Source of the DNA: a virus
Length of the DNA stretch: 64,000 nucleotides
Virus record (IMG/VR): IMGVR_UViG_3300050821_006280
Coordinates: 45,559-109,558 of that record
Direction: 5' to 3' (one strand)
Under the pieces are notes generated by a model that saw nothing but the letters and a program-made list of their open reading frames with translations, was not told the origin of the DNA and made no database searches. Shown one piece after another: positions 46,292 through 54,901 of the stretch (position 1 is its first letter; every line of letters starts with the position of its first letter). The translations under genes were made by a program, and so were the position numbers.

Positions 46292-46337
46292 GCTTGCAAT
46301 TCAGGACATGTAACAGTACGCTGTTTAAGATCCAAAT

Positions 46338-46413
46338 GCGGGTGTAGCTCAATTGGTAGAGCGCTAGCCTTCCAAGCTGGATGCTGTCGGTTCGAGTCCG
46401 ATCGCCCGCTCCA
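46338..46413 (+). tRNA. tRNA-Gly(TCC)
   Basis: ctagc-ctTCCaa-gctgg; TCCA. Confidence 0.92.
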
Positions 46414-46655
46414 TGAGAATCACGAGAGTAATTATCGAAGCTGAAGGCGATATTTCTGGATCAGCTTATCCGCCAACAGAAATACCGGGCTGCGGCCATG
46501 GATATCATGCCAAAGTCACGTATTCAGTCGACATGGAAACTGGCAAATGCGAAGCGGATGTTGACCTTCCAGGACTTGCAATGATTTCGAGTGACAAGTG
46601 GGAGCTTCATCTTCAAGAGGTCGCTGAACGCTGCAAGCGACTCATCAATCAGTAA
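46413..46655 (+). CDS. hypothetical protein
   Basis: Fills a tRNA spacer. Confidence 0.5.
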   Translation: MRITRVIIEAEGDISGSAYPPTEIPGCGHGYHAKVTYSVDMETGKCEADVDLPGLAMISSDKWELHLQEVAERCKRLINQ

Positions 46656-46656
46656 T

Positions 46657-46731
46657 GCCCTCATAGCTCATTTGGTAGAGCACCGCTTTCGTAAAGCGGG
46701 GGTGGTCAGTTCGATCCTGACTGGGGGCTCC
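46657..46731 (+). tRNA. tRNA-Thr(CGT)
   Basis: ccgct-ttCGTaa-agcgg. Confidence 0.9.
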
Positions 46732-46733
46732 GT

Positions 46734-46806
46734 GCCGGTGTAGCTCAATTGGCAGAGCGCCTCCCCTGTAAGGAGGATGTTGCGGGTTCGATGCCTGTCG
46801 CCGGCT
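46734..46806 (+). tRNA. tRNA-Thr(TGT)
   Basis: cctcc-ccTGTaa-ggagg. Confidence 0.88.
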
Positions 46807-46986
46807 CTAAGGAGAGAAACGATGCCGTGTTGGCCATGCGCAAAAGAGATCGAAGTTGGCAGTCTATGCGCTAGCTGCGAGCGCGGCGGAGATGATGACT
46901 GCGTACGAAAGCAGTCCATTTTCATCAAAAAACGTCGAAGCAATAAGAAGAAACCTCGGTCTCCAGTCACCGGAAAGTGATCTTAT

Positions 46987-47007
46987 TCCAGTGTAGCTCA
47001 GTCTGGA
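46987..47007 (+). pseudogene. displaced 5' fragment of tRNA-Asn
   Basis: tccagtgtagctcagtctgga vs tccagcgtaactcagttggca at 47446. Confidence 0.6.
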
Positions 47008-47038
47008 CAATTACCCAACTGTCTCGTAGTTTTGCTGC

Positions 47039-47455
47039 ATGAAAAACGATCCAAAAGCCAAAGGGGAGCGATCGGAGGCTATGGTTCTAGCGGCACTTCT
47101 GCGAAGTGGCAAGTCCGTTCTGCGACCGTTCGGTGATAACGAGCGATACGATCTAGTCATTGACGACGGCGAAAAATTCTCCAGAGTTCAATGCAAAACA
47201 GCACGTCGGGTTGGAAACGTCCTTAAATTCGACACGTGTTCATCGTATTCGCACCGCGGTGGGAAGAAAAAAGACTACCGCGGCCAGGTTGAGTTCTTTG
47301 GCATCTACAGTCCAGATGTCGATCGTGTATTCCTTGTTCCAGTCAGTCATGTTGGTACCACGAGCGCATCGCTTAGACTTACTCCGACTGTTAATGGCCA
47401 GCATGTCAACGTTAGGCTTGCTAGCGATTATGAATTGTCTTTCATTCCAGCGTAA
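47039..47455 (+). CDS. group I intron-associated-type PD-(D/E)xK endonuclease
   Basis: KAKGERSE...PFGDNERYDLVID...RVQCKTA. Confidence 0.88.
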   Translation: MKNDPKAKGERSEAMVLAALLRSGKSVLRPFGDNERYDLVIDDGEKFSRVQCKTARRVGNVLKFDTCSSYSHRGGKKKDYRGQVEFFGIYSPDVDRVFLVPVSHVGTTSASLRLTPTVNGQHVNVRLASDYELSFIPA

Positions 47456-47518
47456 CTCAGTTGGCAGAGTGCCTCACTGTTAATGAGGAGGTCACAGGTT
47501 CGAGTCCTGTCGCTGGAG
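47446..47518 (+). tRNA. tRNA-Asn(GTT)
   Basis: cctca-ctGTTaa-tgagg. Confidence 0.9.
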
Positions 47519-47650
47519 CTGTCATTCCTGAGATCGTCACCAGACGACGCCAGGCGGACGTGGTGAAAGTCCACGTGATCTCACAGCCGCTACGGGGCCG
47601 GCAGAAGCACCATCTCCCGCCGCCGTTTGCTCGGTCTTTGGGATGACAAT

Positions 47651-47724
47651 GAACCGCGCGCCGGACTGGGATGGCACTGGCCTGTTAAGCCAGGATAAGC
47701 AGGGTTCGATTCCCTGGCGGTTCG
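47651..47724 (+). tRNA. tRNA-Asn(GTT), atypical
   Basis: ctggc-ctGTTaa-gccag; no U8, short D stem. Confidence 0.7.
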
Positions 47725-47735
47725 CAGACTAGATT

Positions 47736-47810
47736 GCGAGAGTAGCTCAGCTGGTAGAGCGCATCCTTCCCAAGGATGATGTCGTGGGTTCAAATCCCAT
47801 CTCTTGCTCC
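47736..47810 (+). tRNA. tRNA-Gly(CCC)
   Basis: catcc-ttCCCaa-ggatg. Confidence 0.9.
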
Positions 47811-47907
47811 GACGGCAGTTGGTGTTTGGAGCTTCCCCCGAGCGGAGACGTTCGGAGGATGACGAGCTAGCGGAAGCAGTTCGTCGCCACCTGCCGTCCA
47901 TTTCCAC

Positions 47908-47983
47908 GGCGCCATCGTCTACTGGTTAGGACCCGGGCCTTTCACGTCCGAGAAGTGGGGTTCAATTCCCCCTGGCGCCACCA
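47908..47983 (+). tRNA. tRNA-Glu(TTC)
   Basis: cgggc-ctTTCac-gtccg; CCA. Confidence 0.9.
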
Positions 47984-47986
47984 TCT

Positions 47987-48061
47987 GGTCCCATAGTCTA
48001 ATGGTTAGGACGCCGGCCTCTCACGTCGGAATTCCGAGTTCAAATCTCGGTGGGATCACCA
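47987..48061 (+). tRNA. tRNA-Glu(CTC)
   Basis: ccggc-ctCTCac-gtcgg; CCA. Confidence 0.9.
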
Positions 48062-48066
48062 TGCAC

Positions 48067-48144
48067 GTCCCATTCGTCTAGCTGGCCTAGGACGCTGCCC
48101 TCTCAAGGCGGAAACGGCGAGTTCAAATCTCCCATGGGACACCA
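48067..48144 (+). tRNA. tRNA-Glu(CTC), second copy
   Basis: ctgcc-ctCTCaa-ggcgg; CCA. Confidence 0.85.
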
Positions 48145-48195
48145 CTTCCAAATTGATCAATGGACGGGTAGATTGCTCGATCAAAGGAGATCCAA

Positions 48196-48576
48196 ATGAT
48201 CAAACCTTCTACCCTGTTCATGATCTTGTTTCCCGTCCTGCTTTCTGGCTGCCCTGCCCACACCGATATCAAGGCAACGTTGAAGGATTTCGGTATCGGT
48301 GAGCTGGACTGTGGCAAGGCTGCTGTGGCGAATGAAATGCCGACCATCACTCCCGCAGTTGGGGCTCTCCTCGGTGGCTCCTCGCCAAATGGTCAGTCGC
48401 TTCTCGATGCACTGTTTCGCCAGGCGCCAGAGCTGATTGCGTGTTCGGTGAAGAACTTGATCGCCACCGCTGAGCACCCTGTCATCGGTCAAGAGGTCAA
48501 TCGCATGATGGCTGAGAAGAGTGCAGTCGTCGTGAAGAATGGAAAGGACGCACTTTCTCGTTGGGGTGCGCAATAG
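48196..48576 (+). CDS. putative lipoprotein
   Basis: LFMILFPVLLSGC lipobox; AAGGAG RBS. Confidence 0.7.
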   Translation: MIKPSTLFMILFPVLLSGCPAHTDIKATLKDFGIGELDCGKAAVANEMPTITPAVGALLGGSSPNGQSLLDALFRQAPELIACSVKNLIATAEHPVIGQEVNRMMAEKSAVVVKNGKDALSRWGAQ

Positions 48577-48580
48577 GCTG

Positions 48581-48817
48581 ATGTCGAAGAAAGCTCATAT
48601 ACCAGTGATTGAACGGTTGTTGTCTGGCTGGACTCATCCGCAAGGCCCGGACATGGCGTTCAATGATGCCCTTGCCGAATGGCACTCTGACAAGGTGTTC
48701 ACTGGTTCGATCTATGAGTATATGGGCTTGACCTGGGAAGAGTATCGTCGGTGGGCCGGTGATGCGAAGGCAGCCGCGGTCATCCTTCAAGAGAGACGGA
48801 GCCTACGGGCTCAATGA
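48581..48817 (+). CDS. hypothetical phage protein
   Basis: WH...IYEYMGLTWEEYRRW. Confidence 0.6.
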   Translation: MSKKAHIPVIERLLSGWTHPQGPDMAFNDALAEWHSDKVFTGSIYEYMGLTWEEYRRWAGDAKAAAVILQERRSLRAQ

Positions 48818-48856
48818 AACCTCCCCTGGGCTCTGCGAAAGCAACCTGGGGTTTTT

Positions 48857-48931
48857 GAGACCATAGCTCAGCTGGTAGAGCGTCGCCTCGACACGGCGAA
48901 GGTCGCAGGTTCGATCCCTGTTGGTCTCACC
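48857..48931 (+). tRNA. tRNA-Val(GAC)
   Basis: tcgcc-tcGACac-ggcga. Confidence 0.88.
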
Positions 48932-49101
48932 GCTCCCGTTGTCTCAATAGGTAGACCCTATGGGTTCCTGAGAGGGAATGCGTGGGTCGCGCCGAAGTAA
49001 GCAGTGGCCTATTCGCGGTAAGCCACTGACGAACGGCATCCGTAAAGACAGCCATCCTTACGCATGGTGGATGCAGGTACCCAATCCTGCCGGGAGCGCC
49101 A
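48932..49101 (+). ncRNA. 170-nt tRNA-like RNA with large internal domain
   Basis: Acceptor gctcccg/cgggagc-GCCA, D-like and T-like arms. Confidence 0.65.
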
Positions 49102-49221
49102 ATTCCGCTCGCGGAGCGTGTTAAACCGGGTTGATCACCGGCGAAGACCTAGATCCGCCCGCTACGGCAGGAGGCATCCTGCCAGGGATCAGACACGAAA
49201 GAACGTGCTGGCGAGCCAAAT

Positions 49222-49297
<76 letters not shown>

Positions 49298-49346
49298 GGA
49301 ACATAAAAGTCGATTCTGGTATTGTTGATCGCATAGGAGGTCAACG

Positions 49347-49571
49347 ATGACGACCCGAACGACCAAAGAAATGGCCGAGGAAGTCCTTGAATCGTTGAAG
49401 TCTGCTCACGAGGACAAGCCTTGGTTCAAAAAGGCAGTACTCGAAACGAGTGACTTGGGCTATGGCGTTGACCTTTGGGTTGATCGCGAGAAGTTCAGGG
49501 CTCGGACCGACAAGTTCATGCCGCCCGGTGCCATCAATCATGTCGTTGTATGCGTAATGGTGCAGGGCTAA
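49347..49571 (+). CDS. hypothetical protein
   Basis: AGGAGG RBS. Confidence 0.65.
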   Translation: MTTRTTKEMAEEVLESLKSAHEDKPWFKKAVLETSDLGYGVDLWVDREKFRARTDKFMPPGAINHVVVCVMVQG

Positions 49572-49575
49572 TCGC

Positions 49576-49651
49576 GCCCGTGTAGCTCAGCCTGGACAGA
49601 GCACCGGTTTACGAAGCCGGGTTTGCGGGGGTTCAAATCCCTCCTCGGGCA
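49576..49651 (+). tRNA. tRNA-Arg(ACG)
   Basis: ccggt-ttACGaa-gccgg. Confidence 0.88.
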
Positions 49652-49792
49652 CTTCGCCTCTAGCAATTTGAATGACAGTAGATCAGGATTGGTGTCGTGC
49701 ACCGGAGTGCTGGACCCGTAATGCGCGTTGGTGGCCACCGACGAGTCAAGCCAGCCGGGGATTGATCACGCCCGTTATCACAGTGATCATTT

Positions 49793-49867
49793 GGGCTGGT
49801 AGCTCAACGGGAGAGCAGCGGCTTTGCAAGCCGAAGGTTGTGGGTTCGATCCCCATCCGGTCCACCA
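49793..49867 (+). tRNA. tRNA-Ala(TGC)
   Basis: cggc-ttTGCaa-gccg; G3.U70; CCA. Confidence 0.9.
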
Positions 49868-49877
49868 CGAGGTCTAG

Positions 49878-50144
49878 ATGTTCGAGATGATCATCGATGG
49901 CGTGTATTGTATCTCGGGGCGAGGAATTGTTGTAACAGGCCACCCGAACCGAGAATCAATCCGTGTTGGAGAATCCGTCGAAATTTGGAATCCAGATGGA
50001 TCTGCACTCGACACGGTAATCACGGGGGTGGAGATGGTTTCCCCTCGTCGGCCGAATGACAATATCGGTCTTCTTCTGCGAACGACAGAAACCTTGAAAA
50101 CCAAGGACAACATCCACCCCGGCGCAGTCATGCGGCGCAAGTAA
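49878..50144 (+). CDS. stand-alone EF-Tu domain II-like protein
   Basis: IDGVYCISGRGIVVTG...IRVGESVEI...VITGVEM...DNIGLLLR. Confidence 0.82.
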   Translation: MFEMIIDGVYCISGRGIVVTGHPNRESIRVGESVEIWNPDGSALDTVITGVEMVSPRRPNDNIGLLLRTTETLKTKDNIHPGAVMRRK

Positions 50145-50152
50145 GGTGACCC

Positions 50153-50335
50153 ATGGAACGCAAGCTGACGATGATCCAAGTCGACCTGGAGCAGTGCCGT
50201 TGTGGTGTCGGTGCCCATGGTGATGGCAATGGACCAACCGTGTTCATCACCATGTTCCACAACGAGTTCGACGAACCGATCGTTGACGACGAAGCACGCC
50301 GTCAGATCAAGACAATCTTCCCGCAATTCGAGTAG
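50153..50335 (+). CDS. hypothetical protein
   Basis: Short ORF with RBS. Confidence 0.45.
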   Translation: MERKLTMIQVDLEQCRCGVGAHGDGNGPTVFITMFHNEFDEPIVDDEARRQIKTIFPQFE

Positions 50336-50342
50336 TTCAAAT

Positions 50343-50412
50343 GGGCAGCGGTCTGGGACCAAGCGAGTCTCCAAAACTTGCTAGCGCATGGGTTCGATCC
50401 CCCGGCGGCCCG
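50343..50412 (+). tRNA. tRNA-Trp(CCA), atypical (minimal D arm, irregular T stem)
   Basis: gcgagt-ctCCAaa-acttgc. Confidence 0.6.
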
Positions 50413-50431
50413 CTAATGGATGGAGCAGTAG

Positions 50432-50833
50432 ATGAGCGATCCATATAAGACTAAGCAAGTCATCGTGATGCGTAAAGATCTCAACATGAACCGTGGGAAA
50501 GAGATCGCCCAAGGCGCACACGCCTCAATGGCGTGGTTGTCTAATCGCATCCGCACGTCGAAGCGAGAAAATGGCCGTTATCTCGTTGAGCTTAGCGAGG
50601 CCGAAAGAGTCTGGCTCGAAGGTCAATTTGCTAAGGTGACATGCCAGGTTGACTCTGCCGCAGAACTTGAAGATCTCGTCGCCGCTGGCAAACGGCTGTA
50701 CATCGGAGCTGAGCTGATCGTCGATTCCGGTAAAACCTATTTTAAGGGTGTCAGCACGCCGACTTGCTGCGCAATCGGCCCAGGCACATCGGATCTCATC
50801 GACAGGATCACCGGGAAGCTAAAACTGTATTGA
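50432..50833 (+). CDS. pth2: peptidyl-tRNA hydrolase, Pth2 family
   Basis: KQVIVMRKDL.M.RGK.IAQ.AHA...IVDSGKT...IGP...IDRITGKLKL. Confidence 0.93.
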   Translation: MSDPYKTKQVIVMRKDLNMNRGKEIAQGAHASMAWLSNRIRTSKRENGRYLVELSEAERVWLEGQFAKVTCQVDSAAELEDLVAAGKRLYIGAELIVDSGKTYFKGVSTPTCCAIGPGTSDLIDRITGKLKLY

Positions 50834-50850
50834 TCGTGTAAGCTTGGCTT

Positions 50851-51042
50851 ATGGCCGAGTTGAACTTCATCGAGCTGCTAAAAAAGCACCTTGACGATCA
50901 TGGTCTCTCCGTAGAGGCTGCATCAGTGAAGTCTGGAATCCCACGGCTCCACATCGAAAAAGTTATCAATGGTCATGTGACATTGACCGCTTCACAGGAG
51001 GAAGAGATGGCCGCTCGAATAGGTCTGACGATCAAGTTCTAA
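50851..51042 (+). CDS. XRE-like HTH protein
   Basis: GLSVEAASVKSGIPRLHIEKVING. Confidence 0.6.
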   Translation: MAELNFIELLKKHLDDHGLSVEAASVKSGIPRLHIEKVINGHVTLTASQEEEMAARIGLTIKF

Positions 51043-51043
51043 T

Positions 51044-51118
51044 CCGCCTGTCGCCTAAGGGTTAAGGCCCGTGCCTTATAAGCGCGTGAACCGAGTTCGA
51101 GTCTCGGCGGGCGGACCA
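51044..51118 (+). tRNA. tRNA-Ile(TAT)
   Basis: cgtgc-ctTATaa-gcgcg; ACCA. Confidence 0.85.
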
Positions 51119-51158
51119 TGCTATAACACTGTCATTCGATCCGATCAGGGAGGATCCA

Positions 51159-51437
51159 ATGGCAGGCCCCATTCTGATTCTTGAAGTAGGTCATACCCGA
51201 AAGCTCATCGGCATTAACGCTGATGCCTCTGGATTTCTAGCTCCAGGACCACCAATCACCTGGGCTACAAGCAATGCTGCCGTCGCTACCGTCGACGCCA
51301 ACGGCAATGTTACCGGAGTCGGTGCTGGAACGTGCAACATCACGGCGACCAACGGTTCCCAGAGCACTGTGACAGCCACGACGGTTGCTGCGCGCAGCAC
51401 CTCACAGATCACGGTTGCTGTGGGAGACCGAACGTAG
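51159..51437 (+). CDS. Ig-like (Big_2) domain protein
   Basis: ITWATSNAAVATVDANGNVTGVGAGTCNITAT. Confidence 0.85.
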   Translation: MAGPILILEVGHTRKLIGINADASGFLAPGPPITWATSNAAVATVDANGNVTGVGAGTCNITATNGSQSTVTATTVAARSTSQITVAVGDRT

Positions 51438-51440
51438 CGC

Positions 51441-51641
51441 ATGGGTGACACTCTCAAGCTGTCGCAGCTTGACGCGCCTGACGATGGTCTTTCGGTCGAG
51501 CAGCTGGTTCATCTTGTCATCGACCCTCATGACGGTCCCCTGTGCGATCCAACAGAGCCAGTGACATCAACCAATGACCCTCACAAGATGACCTGTGAGC
51601 GATGCCGTCGAATTTGGATGACAGGTACCGCCGACGGGTAA
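51441..51641 (+). CDS. hypothetical protein
   Basis: VH...LC...TCERC. Confidence 0.5.
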   Translation: MGDTLKLSQLDAPDDGLSVEQLVHLVIDPHDGPLCDPTEPVTSTNDPHKMTCERCRRIWMTGTADG

Positions 51642-51653
51642 ACTATAGCTGCC

Positions 51654-52115
51654 ATGTCGCTCAATCTTCGTGACAAGACAGACGTGGAAGCCTGGGCCGC
51701 GTTTTGGATGCTGGCAGCAAAGATGGACATCGAGCGCAGCGGAGCATTGCTTCCTGTTGCCACGATTGTAGTTACCAGGAACATTCAGGAGATGCAGCCC
51801 GGTGGCTTCGTTCTCATCAAGGCGGATGCGCCGCTGGATGCTGATTCCAAGTTTCGCTGGGTCTCCAAGATCAAGGAGATTGTCCAAGCCGGCGCCGCTC
51901 TGGCAGTGATGACAGCTGGCGAGGCAATCCTAGCTGCTGCGGATGGTCCCGAGGCTGGCCTTGAACAGGAAGTTGTAGTTGTTGATCTTGAGCATGCGAC
52001 GCTTGGAGATCACTCATGGGTTGCCAATATCATCCGTGGCGACACGGGCGTGAAGCTGACTCCGTTCAAAACACGTCGACTTGAAGCAAGGTTTGGTAAG
52101 TTTCTGAAGCGATAA
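51654..52115 (+). CDS. hypothetical protein
   Basis: 153-aa ORF. Confidence 0.65.
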   Translation: MSLNLRDKTDVEAWAAFWMLAAKMDIERSGALLPVATIVVTRNIQEMQPGGFVLIKADAPLDADSKFRWVSKIKEIVQAGAALAVMTAGEAILAAADGPEAGLEQEVVVVDLEHATLGDHSWVANIIRGDTGVKLTPFKTRRLEARFGKFLKR

Positions 52116-52117
52116 AT

Positions 52118-52192
52118 GGCTCCTTAGCTCAACTGGCAGAGCGACCGCTTCATACGCGGTAGGTTCGGGGTTCGACTCCCCGAGGAGCCACC
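52118..52192 (+). tRNA. tRNA-Met(CAT)
   Basis: accgc-ttCATac-gcggt. Confidence 0.88.
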
Positions 52193-52286
52193 GACGCGCG
52201 GGGCAGGACCGCAGGGGGTTCCTCGCCGGGCGAAAGCCCGTAAATGTCGAGCATTCCCTCCAGCCGTGCAAGGCTGGCGTCTTCTC

Positions 52287-52359
52287 CGGGGTGTGGCGCA
52301 GTTGGTAGCGCGTTCGGTTCGGGACCGAAAGGTCGCTGGTTCAAATCCAGTCACCCCGA
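52287..52359 (+). tRNA. tRNA-Pro(CGG)
   Basis: ttcgg-ttCGGga-ccgaa. Confidence 0.92.
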
Positions 52360-52377
52360 CTAAATTGACAATCATAT

Positions 52378-52453
52378 AGTCCCTTAGCTCAGCTGGTAGA
52401 GCGCCTGTATCACACACAGGAGGTCACCCGTTCAATCCGGGTAGGGACTACCA
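52378..52453 (+). tRNA. tRNA-Val(CAC)
   Basis: cctgt-atCACac-acagg; CCA. Confidence 0.88.
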
Positions 52454-52455
52454 AT

Positions 52456-52528
52456 CGGCACCAGTCCACCCGGTGGTGAGTCGATCCCTACAAGGTCGAC
52501 GTGGCGGGTTCGATTCCCGCGGTGCCGA
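52456..52528 (+). tRNA. tRNA-Val(TAC), atypical (7-bp anticodon stem, tiny D loop)
   Basis: gtcgatc-ccTACaa-ggtcgac. Confidence 0.6.
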
Positions 52529-52534
52529 CAACAC

Positions 52535-52607
52535 GCGCATATAGCTCAACAGGTAGAGCAGCTGCCCGATTAGCGGAAGGTTGGGGGTTCGATTCCCTCT
52601 ATGCGCA
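52535..52607 (+). tRNA. tRNA-Ile(GAT)-like, atypical loop
   Basis: ctgc-ccGATta-gcgg. Confidence 0.65.
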
Positions 52608-52609
52608 CT

Positions 52610-52691
52610 GTGACGATAGGTTAAGGCTCCCGGTGGAGCCGCTGGTTTGTGGAACCAGCATCAGCGAGTTCAACTCTCGGTCGTCACCCCA
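52610..52691 (+). tRNA. tRNA-His(GTG), atypical (long acceptor-D linker)
   Basis: gctggt-ttGTGga-accagc; CCCA end. Confidence 0.65.
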
Positions 52692-52801
52692 ATACGATTT
52701 GGCAGTAGGCGAGTAAAGACGCGCTGAGGGGCGGGTACTCCCCCGCTTGGAGGACTTCAGAGATACCGGGGGCGGTCCCGGTACTGCCAATCAATTTTGC
52801 T

Positions 52802-53017
52802 TCATCTGATCATGTGGACAAAGTGCGGGTGTCCAAATACGCCGAGAAGATTGAGAAGCCAGAGCAGCATGACTACAGCCATGATGATCTTTGCTATCTG
52901 CATCATCGGCGGCGGAAGCCCAAGCATCGTGATTATCCAGTACACGACTGCTATCACAGCAAACATGAGCAGCAGTGAAATCAGGAGCGACAGCAACATT
53001 GGATCACCTCCGATCAA
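52802..53017 (-). CDS. small two-TM membrane protein
   Basis: Two hydrophobic helices joined by LPPP. Confidence 0.7.
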   Translation of the reverse strand: MIGGDPMLLSLLISLLLMFAVIAVVYWIITMLGLPPPMMQIAKIIMAVVMLLWLLNLLGVFGHPHFVHMIR

Positions 53018-53087
53018 ATGATTATCGGCACAATCATTCTATGTTTCAATGTAATTAGAATCTGACGTGTGACGCAGGGTGTAAAAC

Positions 53088-53190
53088 GGATCTGTAGCTC
53101 AGTTGGTCAGAGCGGCGAATTCTGGAAGAGATAGAAAAGTGTGACCTGGTGTGCGCCAACTGCCATCGCGAACGCACCTTCTCTAGGCAG
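53088..53190 (+). pseudogene. tRNA 5' half fused to an HNH endonuclease remnant
   Basis: ggatctgtagctcagttggtcagagcggc, then a frame reading RILEEIEKCDLVCANCHRERT. Confidence 0.65.
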
Positions 53191-53194
53191 TTCT

Positions 53195-53267
53195 CCGCTC
53201 ATAGCTCAAAGGCAGAGCAATCGGCTGATAACCGATAGACGCAAGTTCGATCCTTGCTGGGCGGACC
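53195..53267 (+). tRNA. tRNA-Ile(GAT)
   Basis: atcgg-ctGATaa-ccgat. Confidence 0.9.
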
Positions 53268-53317
53268 GCTAGTTCAAGTCTAGCCAGATCCACTACAATA
53301 TCGGTTGGTGCTGGGGC

Positions 53318-53764
53318 TTAGACGCCGGTGGTTGCAGGCTGATCGTGGGTGTCGACAGGAGCGGCTGGCTGCTCTGCGGCTGCGGCTGGGGCGGCAGGAG
53401 CAGCCGTCGCAACAGGAGCAGCGGGAGCAGGCGCTGGTGCTGGTGCTGGCGGCGCAACAGGCTGAGCGACTGGCGAATCGAACGAGAGATCCAGCTCCGA
53501 ATCATCGCTCACAGTCACGTGCACATGGATCACGTGGGTGAGCGGACCGCAGACGACAGTGACATCTGCATTCCCAGGGTTCCCAGCCACCATGGTGCAG
53601 GCGCGCTTCGTGGTGTCCGCAGAATCGCAGCTGATCGCGACGATGGCAGAATCCGACGTGCTCCAGGTGGCGACAGTTGTTGTATCCACGACTCCCTTCG
53701 CATCCTTGGCAAGGATGCGGACGATCTGTTGCTGTTCGTCACTGAGAACTGTATTGAATTCCAT
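53318..53764 (-). CDS. Ig-like domain protein with Pro/Ala-rich tail
   Basis: GGAGGAG RBS; ATWSTSDSAIVAI...GNADVTV. Confidence 0.65.
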   Translation of the reverse strand: MEFNTVLSDEQQQIVRILAKDAKGVVDTTTVATWSTSDSAIVAISCDSADTTKRACTMVAGNPGNADVTVVCGPLTHVIHVHVTVSDDSELDLSFDSPVAQPVAPPAPAPAPAPAAPVATAAPAAPAAAAEQPAAPVDTHDQPATTGV

Positions 53765-53961
53765 GACTCCTCCTGTTCCGTTGATAGGTGATCCGACCCA
53801 GACTTCGAGCTGGGATGGGACTTGATGGTGCCGGTGCCTGAACATCGACATGATCTTGATCCAGCACATTTGATCGGATCAGAAATATACCTGGATTATC
53901 AAAGAACGTCTTGCAAAAGGATCGATACGAGAATTACCGCGCAGACGCTTGCGTGGGATAT

Positions 53962-54039
53962 GGTGGGTGTAGCTCAATTGGTTAGAGCACCGGATTGTGG
54001 ATCCGGGGGTTGCGGGTTCAAGTCCCGTCACTCACCCCA
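53962..54039 (+). tRNA. tRNA-His(GTG)
   Basis: ccgga-ttGTGga-tccgg; G-1, CCCA. Confidence 0.93.
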
Positions 54040-54076
54040 TATGAAAGCTTGGTTACCGTCGTGGTAAGATCAAAGC

Positions 54077-54634
54077 ATGAAGAACGACGAAGTAACTGAT
54101 CAAGTTAAAAGGCCGAAGCAACCATCCCCTCAGTGGCTTGTCACTGCGGTGTTCGGGCTTCTCTCTGCTGTTGCGGCGAGTCTGCCTGCGGCATATTTCA
54201 GCTACCGATCAGCAAAGGTCGAAGCCGAATCAAAGACTTCGCAAGTAAAGGCCGAGGCTGATATCGGGTATCAGACCCTGGTCAAAGCTGTTGCGAAGCA
54301 TGAAGAACACGATGCTCAGCAAGACCATTGGATCTCTCGGATCGAAGGTCATGTTGCTGCCATTGAGCAGGCGCTGACGCGAGTAACGATTGTGAGCAGC
54401 CACAGGACAATTCCGGCTGAAAGCGAGGATGGAGCTTCCGAGGTCGAAGGTGGCTCTCCGCCGCCTCCCAAGAAGAAGCCGAAGGCGATGAAATTGAAGT
54501 TTAATTACACTCCACCTGCCCCCATCGCTGCACAAGGCCATGAATACAAACCGGAGGTTCTGCCCTCGACGCTGGACAAAGCCGTTACGAATTTCGGTGA
54601 TTCGAGCATTAAGCGGGCAGCGACCGCGAAGTAA
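54077..54634 (+). CDS. membrane-anchored coiled-coil protein
   Basis: N-terminal TM segment then helical region. Confidence 0.65.
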   Translation: MKNDEVTDQVKRPKQPSPQWLVTAVFGLLSAVAASLPAAYFSYRSAKVEAESKTSQVKAEADIGYQTLVKAVAKHEEHDAQQDHWISRIEGHVAAIEQALTRVTIVSSHRTIPAESEDGASEVEGGSPPPPKKKPKAMKLKFNYTPPAPIAAQGHEYKPEVLPSTLDKAVTNFGDSSIKRAATAK

Positions 54635-54638
54635 TACC

Positions 54639-54719
54639 GCCCGGGTGGCGTAATGGTAGCCGCAGCCCACTTAAAACGGGCCGTCGCAAGACGTGCGAGT
54701 TCGATTCTCGCCCTGGGCA
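54639..54719 (+). tRNA. tRNA-Leu(TAA)
   Basis: ctTAAaa loop; variable arm. Confidence 0.88.
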
Positions 54720-54777
54720 CAGTTTCCTCTTTCAGCTTGTTTTCCTGATCAAGAAAATGGTCGATTTTAGGAAACAC

Positions 54778-54852
54778 CGGCGTGTGGCGCAGCCTGGTTA
54801 GCGCACCAGTCTGGGGGACTGGGGGTCGGAGGTTCAAATCCTTCCACGCCGA
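54778..54852 (+). tRNA. tRNA-Pro(GGG)
   Basis: ccagt-ctGGGgg-actgg. Confidence 0.92.
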
Positions 54853-54901
54853 CGGAGGAGCACCGATACTTACTCCGACCAATTTGATATGATGGCTTCC
54901 A

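Noticed and set aside
52456-52528. Amber suppressor/Pyl tRNA (CTA in loop) and stop-codon recoding
   Set aside because: In the 7-nt loop CCTACAA the centred triplet is TAC, and genes here end normally at TAG, TGA and TAA.
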